Assembly: GCF_000181795.1 (NCBI RefSeq)
Contig: NW_003526940.1
Coordinates: 2,269,790 to 2,305,979 of the forward strand
Length of the DNA stretch: 36,190 nucleotides
DNA from: Trichinella spiralis
Lineage: Eukaryota
Direction of reading: 5' to 3'
The position numbers and the translations under genes were made by a program. Below are positions 1 through 10,547 of this stretch, one piece after another. Every line of letters begins with the position of its first letter. The first letter of the stretch is position 1. The notes beneath the pieces are model-generated. The model was given only the letters and a program-made list of their open reading frames with translations. It ran no database searches and was not told the origin of the DNA.

Positions 1-732
1 TAAAAACGATTGCCCTAATGTAGCACATTATTGCTGTAATACTGCAGCCAATCCATTTTTTCAACATAACGATTAGTTGGTTGCCGTGGCACAGCGTCTA
101 CAAGTTTAGAAATGGACTTTTTCCACGTTATCGTTGTATTGCCCATCTTGTCCATGGTATATATTGTATTAAAGTTCTGATTTGCTTGTTGTTGTAAAAT
201 GGAAATTTCTGTACTATACATTTGCTCAGTTCTGAAGCGCTTATATCGAATAGCAGAAAAGTTTCTGCGAAAACAGTCTGTTGATCAGCATGGATGTAAA
301 GAAGTAAAATGCAAAAGCAAACTTACAAGAATAAAATTAAGCAATAAGATAATCTTTTGTGAACAGTGAAATGTAAAACGCAAAAGCTTTTTAAAAGCAT
401 CATTTGCAAAGCCTAAAAACAAATATACACATTTCCAGGTTATAACTAAAAGATTTTTCTTTAAAAAATAGTAAATGCTTCTTCATGTCCATACAAGGTA
501 TTCTTATGGTAATGCACCCATATTTGGTAAAGACTTGATAAACAACAATCACCCAATCCCAGATTACAGCTGAATAGCTAATCAAATGGCAGAATTATTC
601 ACCCAATTACTTATCAGAATAGTTAGCTAATAATGTAGCAGAAGTCATTTGCCAATTACCGAACAATACCCCTAAAACCAATCAGCGACCCGCCAATCAC
701 AAAAATGGGTCAAATTTTGAGAGTTGTTAATA

Positions 733-1332
733 ATGGAGAGTGATGAAATTCAGTTTGTTTCTACTCAAAGGAACTAACAAAAATTGGTGTACAGAGGAAG
801 GTGTTACACCCTCAAGCGGACGAATCGCAATGACAAATGTTGGATATGTGCATCAGTAAACAGAATTATTTTATTATAGCACGTTGTTATTATTGTGTAG
901 TATCATGAGCTTGCAATTTCGTTTCCAATTTAGGGAATGAGACGCTGCCGTGGCACACTGTCCACAAATCTGGAGGCCACAGAAGTCATCCGATTAAGTG
1001 AGCATGCGGAAAGCTGCCCGGTAAACCCTCACGCATTTTACCATCACCAGCAGCTTGCGGAGTTGAGACGGCTGGCCTCAGAAGACACGAGACCGGTGAT
1101 GGAAATATACAATGAACTGGCGAGCAATGCCTCCAACAGCTCAGATACTGCCGCTTATTTCCCATCGTGGGAGCAGGCCCGAAACGCAATGTACTACAGC
1201 CGGGCCAAGATATACCAACGACTTCCGGCCAGGCGGCAGGATCTGCGGCTCACTGCCGAGAAGACAACAACAACATCCGGTGCGCAGTTCGGTGTAAAAA
1301 TAGAAACTTTACAATTTACACCAAATATATAA
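733..1332 (+). pseudogene. Truncated FLYWCH/MULE transposase N-terminus (family C), 2 exons
   Basis: Exon 1 733-855 reads MESDEIQFVSTQRN*QKLVYRGRCYTLKRTNRNDKCWICAS, with TAA at 775-777. Intron 856-933 is GTAAAC..TTTAG. Exon 2 934-1332 reads GMRRCRGTL..EHAESC..RLPARRQDL..SGAQF, completing a FLYWCH-type W-x-C..C..H..C motif. Homology stops at ~1290, before the DDE core. Confidence 0.8.
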
Positions 1333-1448
1333 AACTAAATTTGTTTTTTGATTTCTAAATAAAATTCCAGCTTTTATTTTTTACTTAAATAAAACATAAG
1401 AATGAAAACAATAACACTGACGAAAGAGGTAAAAACTTTCTGAAGTTA

Positions 1449-1750
1449 AAAGTAAAATTCTTTGATTACTATCAGGAAAGATTTTCAGAGAACAGTCAGC
1501 CTGAAGTTAGAAAAGGATTTAAATGCTAACAAATTAGCAGTTGCCATGCCTAGTTTTAGCTGACAACTGCAGCTGTGGACAATGTATCACTTGTTGATTT
1601 TTCCATTGTATTAAAATCGCCTTTAGCTAATCATCAGAATATGCAGCGATGGACAGCACCAAGCAGAATAGCAGTTAAAGCTGCTTCACATTCTCTGTGC
1701 AGACTATTCTCTGAAAATCTTTCATGATAGCAATCAAAGAATTTTAACTT
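1449..1750. mobile_element. ~300-bp MITE-like unit with ~52-bp inverted arms (also at ~3721-4021 and ~5390-5697)
   Basis: 1449-1500 AAAGTAAAATTCTTTGATTACTATCAGGAAAGATTTTCAGAGAACAGTCAGC is the near reverse complement of 1699-1750 GCAGACTATTCTCTGAAAATCTTTCATGATAGCAATCAAAGAATTTTAACTT. No clear TSD in the A/T-rich flanks. Confidence 0.6.
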
Positions 1751-3004
1751 TTTTTCCATTATTTTACCATTTAATTAACTACAGGGAATTTTTATCGACC
1801 AAAATCTTATGTACTTAATGAAGTTCGACTGTATTTTATATGAGATGTATGAATGTCAAACAGGATTTTTCATAAAAACAGCAAACTTCATCGACATGTA
1901 TAGAAAGTATATATATGGACGGTTTCGGAACGAAAGAANNNNNNNNNNTTTTTTATTCAGACTGTTTCATTTGGTTGCTTCTATATTTTTGGTAGAATAA
2001 TGCAAATTAGATAATAAGGATTATTTAATTTGGTAAGGAACAAAACCCGTCAATTTTTTTTTTTCATTTTTTTCACTCCTCCAATGCTTTATCATTAGCT
2101 TGTGCTTTTTTTTCCGTGTGGTAGGTTTGGGGATGTGTTTTTGAATGATGAGAAATAAAATTATGAATTTCAGTTGGTACCTCAAAGGACCGGACATAAG
2201 CCAATACACAAAGGGAGATGCCACACGCTCAAGTGCACAAATCATAATGACAAATACGGGTTGTGAATAAACATACAAACAATGGCTTAATGTAGCACAT
2301 TATTATTGTAATATTACAGCTAATCCATTTTTTCAATATAACGATTAGTTGGTAGCCGTGGCACAGTGTCTACAAGTTTAGAAATGGACTTTTTCCACGT
2401 TATCGTTGTATTGCCCATCTTGCCCATGGTATATATTGTAATAAAATTCAGATTTGCTTGTTGTTGTAAAATGGAAATTTCTGTACTATACATTTGCTTA
2501 GTTCTGAAGCGCTTATATCGAATAGTAGAAAAGTTTCTGCGAAAACAGTCTGTTGATCAGCATAGATGTGAAGAAGTAAAATGCCAAAACAAACTTACAA
2601 GAATAAAATTAAGCAATAAGATAATATTTTGTTAACAGTGAAATGTAAAACGCAAAAGCTTTTTAAAAGTATCATTTGCAAAGCCTAAAAACAAATATAC
2701 ACATTTCCACGTCATAACTAAAAGATTTTTCTTTAAAAAATAGTAAATGCTTCTTCATGTCCATACAAGGTATTCTTATGGTAATGCACCCATATTTGGT
2801 AAAGACTTGATAAACAACAATCACCCAATCCCAGATTACAGCTGAATAGCTAATCAAATGGCAGAATTATTCACCCAATTACTTATCAGAATAGTTAGCT
2901 AATAATGTAGCAGAAGTCATTTGCCAATTACCGAACAATACCCCTAAAACCAATCAGCGACCCGCCAATCACAAAAATGGGTCAAATTTTGAGAGTTGTT
3001 AATA

Positions 3005-3604
3005 ATGGAGAGTGATGAAATTCAGTTTGTTTCTACTCAAAGGAACTAACAAAAATTGGTGTACAGAGGAAGGTGTTACACCCTCAAGCGGACGAATCGC
3101 AATGACAAATGTTGGATATGTGCATCAGTAAACAGAATTATTTTATTATAGCACGTTGTTATTATTGTGTAGTATCATGAGCTTGCAATTTCGTTTCCAA
3201 TTTAGGGAATGAGACGCTGCCGTGGCACACTGTCCACAAATCTGGAGGCCACAGAAGTCATCCGATTAAGTGAGCATGCGGAAAGCTGCCCGGTAAACCC
3301 TCACGCATTTTACCATCACCAGCAGCTTGCCGAGTTGAGACGGCTGGCCTCAGAAGACACGGGACCGGTGATGGAAATATACAATGAACTGGCGAGCAAT
3401 GCCTCCAACAGCTCAGATACTGCCGCTTATTTCCCATCGTGGGAGCAGGCCCAAAACGCAATGTACTACAGCCGGGCCAAGATATACCAACGACTTCCGG
3501 CCAGGCGGCAGGATCTGCGGCTCACTGCCGAGAAGACAACAACAACATCCGGTGCGCAGTTCGGTGTAAAAATAGAAACTTTACAATTTACACCAAATAT
3601 ATAA
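3005..3604 (+). pseudogene. Second copy of truncated FLYWCH/MULE N-terminus (family C)
   Basis: Same exon/intron structure as 733-1332 shifted by +2272, with the same premature TAA in exon 1 and the same 3' truncation. Confidence 0.8.
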
Positions 3605-4774
3605 AACTAAATTTGTTTTTTGATTTCTAAATAAAATTCCAGCTTTTATTTTTTACTTAAATAAAACATAAGAATGAAAATAATAACACTGTCGAAAGAG
3701 GTAAAAACTTTCTGAAGTTGAAAATAAAATTCTTTGATTGCTAGCATGAAAGATTTTCAGAGAACAGTTAGCCTGAAATTAGAAAGTATTTAAATGCTAA
3801 CAAATTAGCAGTTGCCATGCCTAGTTTTAGCTGACAACTGCAGCTGTGGACAATGTATCACTTGTTGATTTTTCCATTGTATTAAAATCGCCTTTAGCTA
3901 ATCATCAGAATATGCAGCGATGGTCAGCACCAAGCAGAATAGCAGTTAAAGCTGCTTCACATTCACTGTGCAGACTATTCTCTGAAAATCTTTCATGATA
4001 GCAATCAAAGAATTTTAACTTTTTTTCCATTATTTTACCGTTTAATTAACTACAGGGAATTTTTATCGACCAAAATCTTATGCACTTAATGAAGTTCGAC
4101 TGTATTTTATATGGAATGTATGAATGTCAAACAGGATTTTTCATAAAAACAGCAAACTTCATCGACATGTATAAAAAATATATATATGGATGTTTTGTAA
4201 CGAAAGAAACTTTGTAAATATTAAAGTAAAATTCTTGGATTGTAAACAAGAAAGATTTAAATAGAACACTCCCAGTAAAATCAAGAAATTAATCAAATAC
4301 TAATAACAATTAAGTAGTCACCCCCTTTGGTTAAGCCTGAAAGCTGCAACTTGTGAACAATTTGTCAATTGTGGCATTTATTTCACTTGAATATCATTCC
4401 GCCTTTACCAACCTTATGTGATGGGACGAGAAAAGCGAAGAATGTTTCCNNNNNNNNNNATCTTGATTGAAACAATTCCCAAATTAGGAATATTTTCATT
4501 ATTAATGTTACGTCACCACTATTAAAGTTACGTTATGAAAACAAAAAATGACCTAGATAAACACGTTTATTTAACATCTCTTTGTTCAGTTATCTCTTCT
4601 TCAGACTGTTCATTTGTTGCTTCTATATTTTTGTAGAATAATGCAATTAGATAATAAAGATATTTAATTTGTAAAGAACAAAACCGTCAATTCTATTTTT
4701 CATTTATTTCACTCCTCAATGCTTATCATTAGCTTGTGCTATTTTCCGTGTCGTAGGTTTGAGATGTGTTTCTG

Positions 4775-4895
4775 AATGATGAGAATAAATTATGAATTTC
4801 AGTTTGTACCTCAAAGAACCGACATAAGCCAATACACAAAGGGAGATGCCACACGCTCAAGTGCACAAATCATAATGACAAATACGGGTTGTGAA
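4775..4895 (+). pseudogene. Older eroded copy of family-C MULE exon 1 (also ~2145-2265, ~35585-35705, and ~16210-16330 on -)
   Basis: With one frameshift it translates to EFQFV.QR/NRHKPIHKGRCHTLKCTNHNDKYGL*, which aligns with EIQFVSTQRN.QKLVYRGRCYTLKRTNRNDKCWI at 733-850. Confidence 0.55.
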
Positions 4896-6503
4896 TAAAC
4901 ATACAAACAATGGCTTAATGTAGCACATTATTATTGTAATATTACAGCTAATCCATTTTTTCAATATAACGATTAGTTGGTAGCCGTGGCACAGTGTCTA
5001 CAAGTTTAGAAATGGACTTTTTCCACGTTATCGTTGTATTGCCCATCTTGCCCATGGTATATATTGTAATAAAATTCAGATTTGCTTGTTGTTGTAAAAT
5101 GGAAATTTCTGTACTATACATTTGCTTAGTTCTGAAGCGCTTATATCGAATAGTAGAAAAGTTTCTGCGAAAACAGTCTGTTGATCAGCATAGATGTGAA
5201 GAAGTAAAATGCCAAAACAAACTTACAAGAATAAAATTAAGCAATAAGATAATATTTTGTTAACAGTGAAATGTAAAACGCAAAAGCTTTTTAAAAGTAT
5301 CATTTGCAAAGCCTAAAACAATTATACAAATTTCACGTCATACTAAAGATTTTTCTTTNNNNNNNNNNAAAAACCTTTCTGAAAGTAGAAAAATTAAAAT
5401 TCGTTGATTGCTAGGCATGAAAGATTTTTCAGAGAACAGTTAGCCGGAAATTAGAAAGGTATTAAAGGCTAACAAAATTAGCAGTTGCCATGCTTAGTTT
5501 TAGCTGACAACTGCAGCTGTGGACAATGTATCACTTGTTGATTTTTTCCATTGTATTAAAATCGCCTTTAGCTAATCATCAGAATATGCAGCGATGGTCA
5601 GCACCAAGCAGAATAGCAGTTAAAGCTGCTTCACATTCACTGTGCAGACTATTCTCTGAAAATCTTTCATGATAGCAATCAAAGAATTTTAACTTTTTTT
5701 CCATTATTTTACCGTTTAATTAACTACAGGGAATTTTTATCGACCAAAATCTTATGCACTTAATGAAGTTCGACTGTATTTTATATGGAATGTATGAATG
5801 TCAAACAGGATTTTTCATAAAAACAGCAAACTTCATCGACATGTATAAAAAATATATATATGGATGTTTTGTAACGAAAGAAACTTTGTAAATATTAAAG
5901 TAAAATTCTTGGATTGTAAACAAGAAAGATTTAAATAGAACACTCCCAGTAAAATCAAGAAATTAATCAAATACTAATAACAATTAAGTAGTCACCCCTT
6001 GGTTAAGCCTGAAAGCTGCAACTGTGAACAATTTGTCAATTGTGCATTTTTCCCTTGTATTAAAATCGCCTTTACCAACACATGTGATGTGACGAGAAAA
6101 GCGAAGAATGTTTCACAATGGCATATGCAAGAAATCAAGCGTAAAATTAAGTGAAATTGCGAGCTAACGCGTAACGTTAGCATTAGTACCCGGAAATTGG
6201 AAGTGTTGCTACAACATTCCAGATTTTTCAAACAGATTATTCAGTATTCTGATATTACACCCGGAAGTTTACATCAAATCTTGATAAATTTCAACAGGCA
6301 ACAAATTTATTTACAAACAGTCAGAGCATATTTATATATCAAAAGGGAAATCGATAAATGACCAATGAGAAATGAAAACTAAATGTTGCAAAATGGTTAT
6401 ATAAAATGAAATTCAAAACCGTCCAATTTATTTTCGTTTGCTGTTGGATTTGCGATCAGTGCTTTTCGTTCGAGTTTTTCAAATCATTTTCTTTCTGTTC
6501 CCT

Positions 6504-6802
6504 ATGGCTAATGTACCTGAGTTTCATCTTGTGCAAAATCGTTGCGGTGGTACGTCCCTTTTTCATAAAGGCAGGGCATACAGATTAAAACGTGCCGGCA
6601 GACAGAAATATTGGAGGTGCTCGCAAGTATGTGCTAAATGTACAGTATGTTTCCTTAATTATTAAGGATTAGTTTGTTTTGTTACTGCATAAATAGGGAT
6701 GTGGTGGTGTCCATATGAACCTACCTTGATGCGACAACGATGATCAAGCGGAACATTAACATCAAAAGCTGACCTGTGTATGAGTACGTGACGTACAATA
6801 TG
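6504..6802 (+). pseudogene. 5' part of family-A FLYWCH-MULE transposase (exon 1 6504-6626; degraded contig end)
   Basis: MANVPEFHLVQNRCGGTSLFHKGRAYRLKRAGRQKYWRCSQ|GTATGT is near-identical to 7818-7940. Sequence quality decays toward the gap at 6803. Confidence 0.7.
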
Positions 6803-7016
6803 NNNNNNNNNNTGAAAACCAATACGACAAAGATTTCACGGTCCAATAAAATAGCGTGGGCAAAGACCAACAAGAGAAAAGTGGGACCGAGTAGTAACAA
6901 ACCAAAAGTGATAGATTTTCTGCTGTACAAAATATTTAAATGGAATTACGTACACTATTATACAATAAAAAGTGGCTATCAGACTTCGACATTCGCCAGT
7001 GGGGTGGAATCTCCAG

Positions 7017-7508
7017 CTACTGGCGAGTTGGCGGAAGTCTTGGAAAATTTTGTGCCCGTTTTCTGTACATTGCCGTTTTAACACTTTTATATGTTGGAAA
7101 CTGACTGGCAGTTTCCAAATCAGCAGATGCACTGCTTGCTTCTTCGCGGTAAATCTGCGGAATGGTCTTCATTTCCTCCGCTGCCCGTCGCTTGAGAGCA
7201 TTTTTTTTCTCCATTTTATAAAGAATGTCACTGTCAGGGGTGCAATCATCTGCATGAGGATTACAATCCAAGACTGCGTCCACATCCAAGTTCGTGTAGA
7301 TTGAACCCCGGCATCCTTTTTTTAACCTACATGATGAACTTGAATTGAATGAACAGAAATGACATATTACATAAAATATTAAAATTACCTGACGGCAAAC
7401 CCACTGTTTATCTTGCATGTTCGTATGGTTCAAATTGTAAACTCTTCCTTCATGGACTAAATTGCAATTACCTCTTTCATTTAAAACCAAATGCGATTTT
7501 TCAGCCAT
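7017..7508 (-). CDS. Family-B FLYWCH-domain MULE N-terminal protein, copy 1 (2 exons; one extra A in a homopolymer after the acceptor)
   Basis: MAEKSHLVLNERGNCNLVHEGRVYNL..KQWVCRQ|GTAATT..TAG|VKKGCRGSIYTNLDV..HADDC..RLPPTRQ*. A paralogue of 10057-10547 with several substitutions. Confidence 0.65.
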   Translation of the reverse strand: MAEKSHLVLNERGNCNLVHEGRVYNLNHTNMQDKQWVCRQVILIFYVICHFCSFNSSSSCRLKKGCRGSIYTNLDVDAVLDCNPHADDCTPDSDILYKMEKKNALKRRAAEEMKTIPQIYREEASSASADLETASQFPTYKSVKTAMYRKRAQNFPRLPPTRQ

Positions 7509-7817
7509 GAAATAAACAATCAGAGGACGTCGAGCACAAAGAGCATATGAGGGGTATGATGGAGTAGAACGCGGTTCGATACTGATATATATATGTGCTG
7601 ACTGTTTGAAATAAATATGTTGCCTGATGAAATTTATCTACATTCGATGTCCACTTCCNNNNNNNNNNTAAATGACCGATGAGAAATGAAAACTAAATGT
7701 TGCAAAATGGTTATATAAAACGAAATTCAAAACCGTCCAATTTATTTTCGTTTGCTGTTGGGTTTGCGATCAGTGCTTTTCGTTCGAGTTATTCAAATCA
7801 TTTTCTTTCTGTTCCCT

Positions 7818-9235
7818 ATGGCTAATGTACCTGAGTTGCATCTTGTGCAAAATCGTTGCGGTGGTACGTCCCTTTTTCATGAAGGCAGGGCATACAGATT
7901 AAAACGTGCCGGCAGACAGAAATATTGGAGGTGCTCGCAAGTATGTGCTAAATGTACAGTATGTTTCCTTAATTATTAAGGATTAGTTTATTTTGTTACA
8001 GGATAAATAGGGTTGTGGTGGTGCCGTATGGACCAACCTTGATGTGACAACGGTGATCAAGCGGAATGATCACATCGAAAGCTGCCCGGTGGATGAACAC
8101 TTGGCGTACAAAATGGAAAAGAAGGCGGTTTTGACAAAGCGCAGCGCGGAAGAAACAAAGCCCTTCCCGGTCATTTATGACGAGGAAGCTTCCGCCGCGT
8201 CCCCCGAGCCATCAACATCTGGCCATTTTCCTCTCTTTAGATGGCTAAGGGCCGCGATGTATGGCCACCGGGCGAAGCGCTTTCCCAGACTTCCTGAACA
8301 CCGGCATGATCTGGTAATACCAGATCAGTTTAAAACAACGAAGTCTGGAGAAGACTTTTTATTGTGCCAAAGTAACTGCAGGCATATACTGGTATTTGCG
8401 ACGGGTACCAACATTAGACTGCTGGCAGCCTGTCGAACCTGGGGCATGGATGGTACATTCAAGATTATACCTCAGTGGTATCAACAGCTATTTACCATCC
8501 ATGCCTTTGTGGCGGGCAAGCTGGTGCCAGCAGTCTATTGTTTATGTACGGGAAAAGACATTGGAACGTGCGGGTATATTTTTCAAGCTTTAATAGGCAA
8601 AGCGGCAGTTCTGGAGGTCGACCTTAATCCAGATACCATTATCTGTGATTTTGAAACAGCCCTGATACCTGCAATTCGGGGTTACTTCCCGAATACGCGG
8701 GTACAGGGCTGCTACTTCTATTTCTGCCAGGTGGTACATAGGAAAGTAGGTGAGCTGGGACTGAAAACACGATATCGAACGGAAGAAGGAACAAGAAGAA
8801 AGATAAGAATGCTGCTGGCCACCTCTTTCCTTCCTGTAGCGGAAATTGATACGAGTGTTAGACTGCTTGAAACAGGCACTACGGGTACTTTAGCCGCTCT
8901 ATTCCAATACTTTCGGCAGGAGTGGATGACCGACGAGCGACTGCCGCTTTGGATGTGTATAATGTAAATATCAGAACCAATAACCACAATCGGCTCAACA
9001 GAAAAGCGGCTAAAAGTCATAACGGGTTATATGAACTGCTCCAGCTCCTGATAGCGGAACAGGGTGTGATGGACACCCTGATTCAGCAAGTGCTATCAGG
9101 AAACGCTACCGTTGGTGACTTAAGACGGGTTAACAAGGTTTATGCTCAAAATATACGGGTGAATACACCAACGGTAGACGAACGCTAGAGTAGTTCCTAA
9201 AAGCTTTAATGTATATAACGCCGGAGCCATTTAAT
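7818..9235 (+). pseudogene. Family-A FLYWCH-MULE (Mutator) DDE transposase, decayed
   Basis: Exon 1 7818-7940; intron 7941-8001 (GTATGT..TTACAG); exon 2 from 8002. Motifs present: WGMDGTFK (D1), QLFTIH, ICDFETAL (D2). Lesions: TAG at 8008-8010, CxxH reads GCYFY, frameshift at ~8953 (LWNV), and TNNH-NRLN lacks the xEGWH catalytic Glu segment. Confidence 0.9.
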
Positions 9236-10056
9236 GCCGCCTTCCAAGTGGTGGATTGTATTTTATTGTGTTGTATTGTATTGTATTGTATTATTTACTT
9301 TCTTGCTTTTTCGTTGTTTTCATTTTGTTAGTGCCGTTCACTGTTTTTTGTTGTTGTCGTTGGCTGTTCATTACTGTTTTTGTTGCTGCTGTTAACTAGT
9401 GAATAATAAAAATCACTACTTAACTTATTTTTTGTATTGTTTTTTCTGAATTATTACTATCGCATTTGATATCATCATCACTTNNNNNNNNNNTTTTCTT
9501 AATTATTATTATCGCATTTGATATAACGTCACTTTGGTACAATAAAATATAGAATAATGATAAAAATTATTTTCGGGAATGCTAATCATGAAAAAGTATG
9601 AACTTCACCACAAATTATATATTTGAATATACAAAATTTCAATGAATGACGAAACTTCAAACAAACACAAAATTTTGGAATATTTCCATTTTTTATGTTA
9701 CGTCACTATTATTAAAGTTACGTAATCCTAAATGGAATATTTGAACCAATGAAATGAAAAGATATTACAGCTAATCACAACTGAAGACTTTGAATCAATG
9801 AGCAATTAGACAAGGAAAACCAATACGACAAAAACTTCACGGCCCAATAAAGTGAAAACCAATACGACAAAGATTTCACGGTCCAATAAAATAGCGTGGG
9901 CAATGACCAATAAGAGAAAAGTGGGACCGAGTAGTAACAAACCAAAAGTGATAGATTTTCTGCTGTACAAAATATTTAAATGGAATTATGTACACTACTA
10001 TACAATAAAAAGTGGCCATCAGACTTCGACATTCGCCAGTGGGGTGGAATCTCCAG

Positions 10057-10547
10057 CTACTGGCGAGTTGGCGGAAGTCTTGGAAAATTTTGTGCCCGTT
10101 TTCTGTACATTGCCGTTTTAACACTTTTATACGTTGGAAACTGACCGGCAGTTTCCAAATCAGCAGATGCACTGCTTGCTTCTTCGCGGTAAATCTGCGG
10201 AATGGTCTTCATTTCCTCCGCTGCCCGTCGCTTGAGAGCATTTTTTTTCTCCATTTTATAAAGAATGTCACTGTCAGGGGTGCAATCATCTGCATGAGGA
10301 TTACAATCCAAGACTGCGTCCACATCTAAGTTCGTGTAGATTGAACCCCGGCATCCTTTTTTAACCTACATGATGAACTTGAATTGAATGAACAGAAATG
10401 AGATATTAGATAAAATATTAAAATTACCTGACGGCAAACCCACTGTTTATCTTGCATGTTAGTACGTTTCAAATTGTAAACTCTTCCTTCATGTACTAAA
10501 TTGTAATTACCTCTTTCATTCAAAACCAAATGCAAATTTTCAGCCAT
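10057..10547 (-). CDS. Family-B FLYWCH-domain MULE N-terminal protein, 142 aa after splicing, no catalytic domain
   Basis: Exon 1 10547-10428 (40 codons), intron 10427-10366 (GTAATT..TGTAG), exon 2 10365-10057 open to TAG. Eroded transposase homology continues past the stop (LEIPPHWRMSKSDGHFLLY..IFCTAENLSLL) to ~9945, then breaks off before the first Asp. Confidence 0.75.

Larger units (their letters stand above)
1..5700 (+). repeat. Tandem/near-tandem copies of a ~2.3 kb MULE-derived unit (copies offset by 2272 bp and ~2628 bp, separated by 10-N gaps)
   Basis: ORFs 937/3209, 400/2672 and 2366/4994 are near-identical. The gene-bearing part differs by only a few substitutions between copies 1 and 2. 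Copy 3 lacks the gene part, which falls at the gap 5339-5348. Part of the tandem arrangement may be assembly redundancy. Confidence 0.85.

Noticed and set aside
15..585. Short ORFs in the repeated unit (15-221, 400-585, 2366-2635 and copies)
   Set aside because: No recognisable domain, and ORF presence changes between near-identical copies, as expected for non-coding repeat.
2021..2278. Apparently divergent repeat copy and ORF near the gap at 1939
   Set aside because: The differences are mostly homopolymer expansions at a contig end, typical of low-quality reads (similar at ~4320-4450 and 5350-5500).
9255..9295. (TATTG)n run and TTG-rich tracts (also ~12690-12740, ~17540-17640)
   Set aside because: Low-complexity, 3' UTR-like sequence, mostly downstream of MULE genes; no repeat-spacer organisation, so not CRISPR-like.
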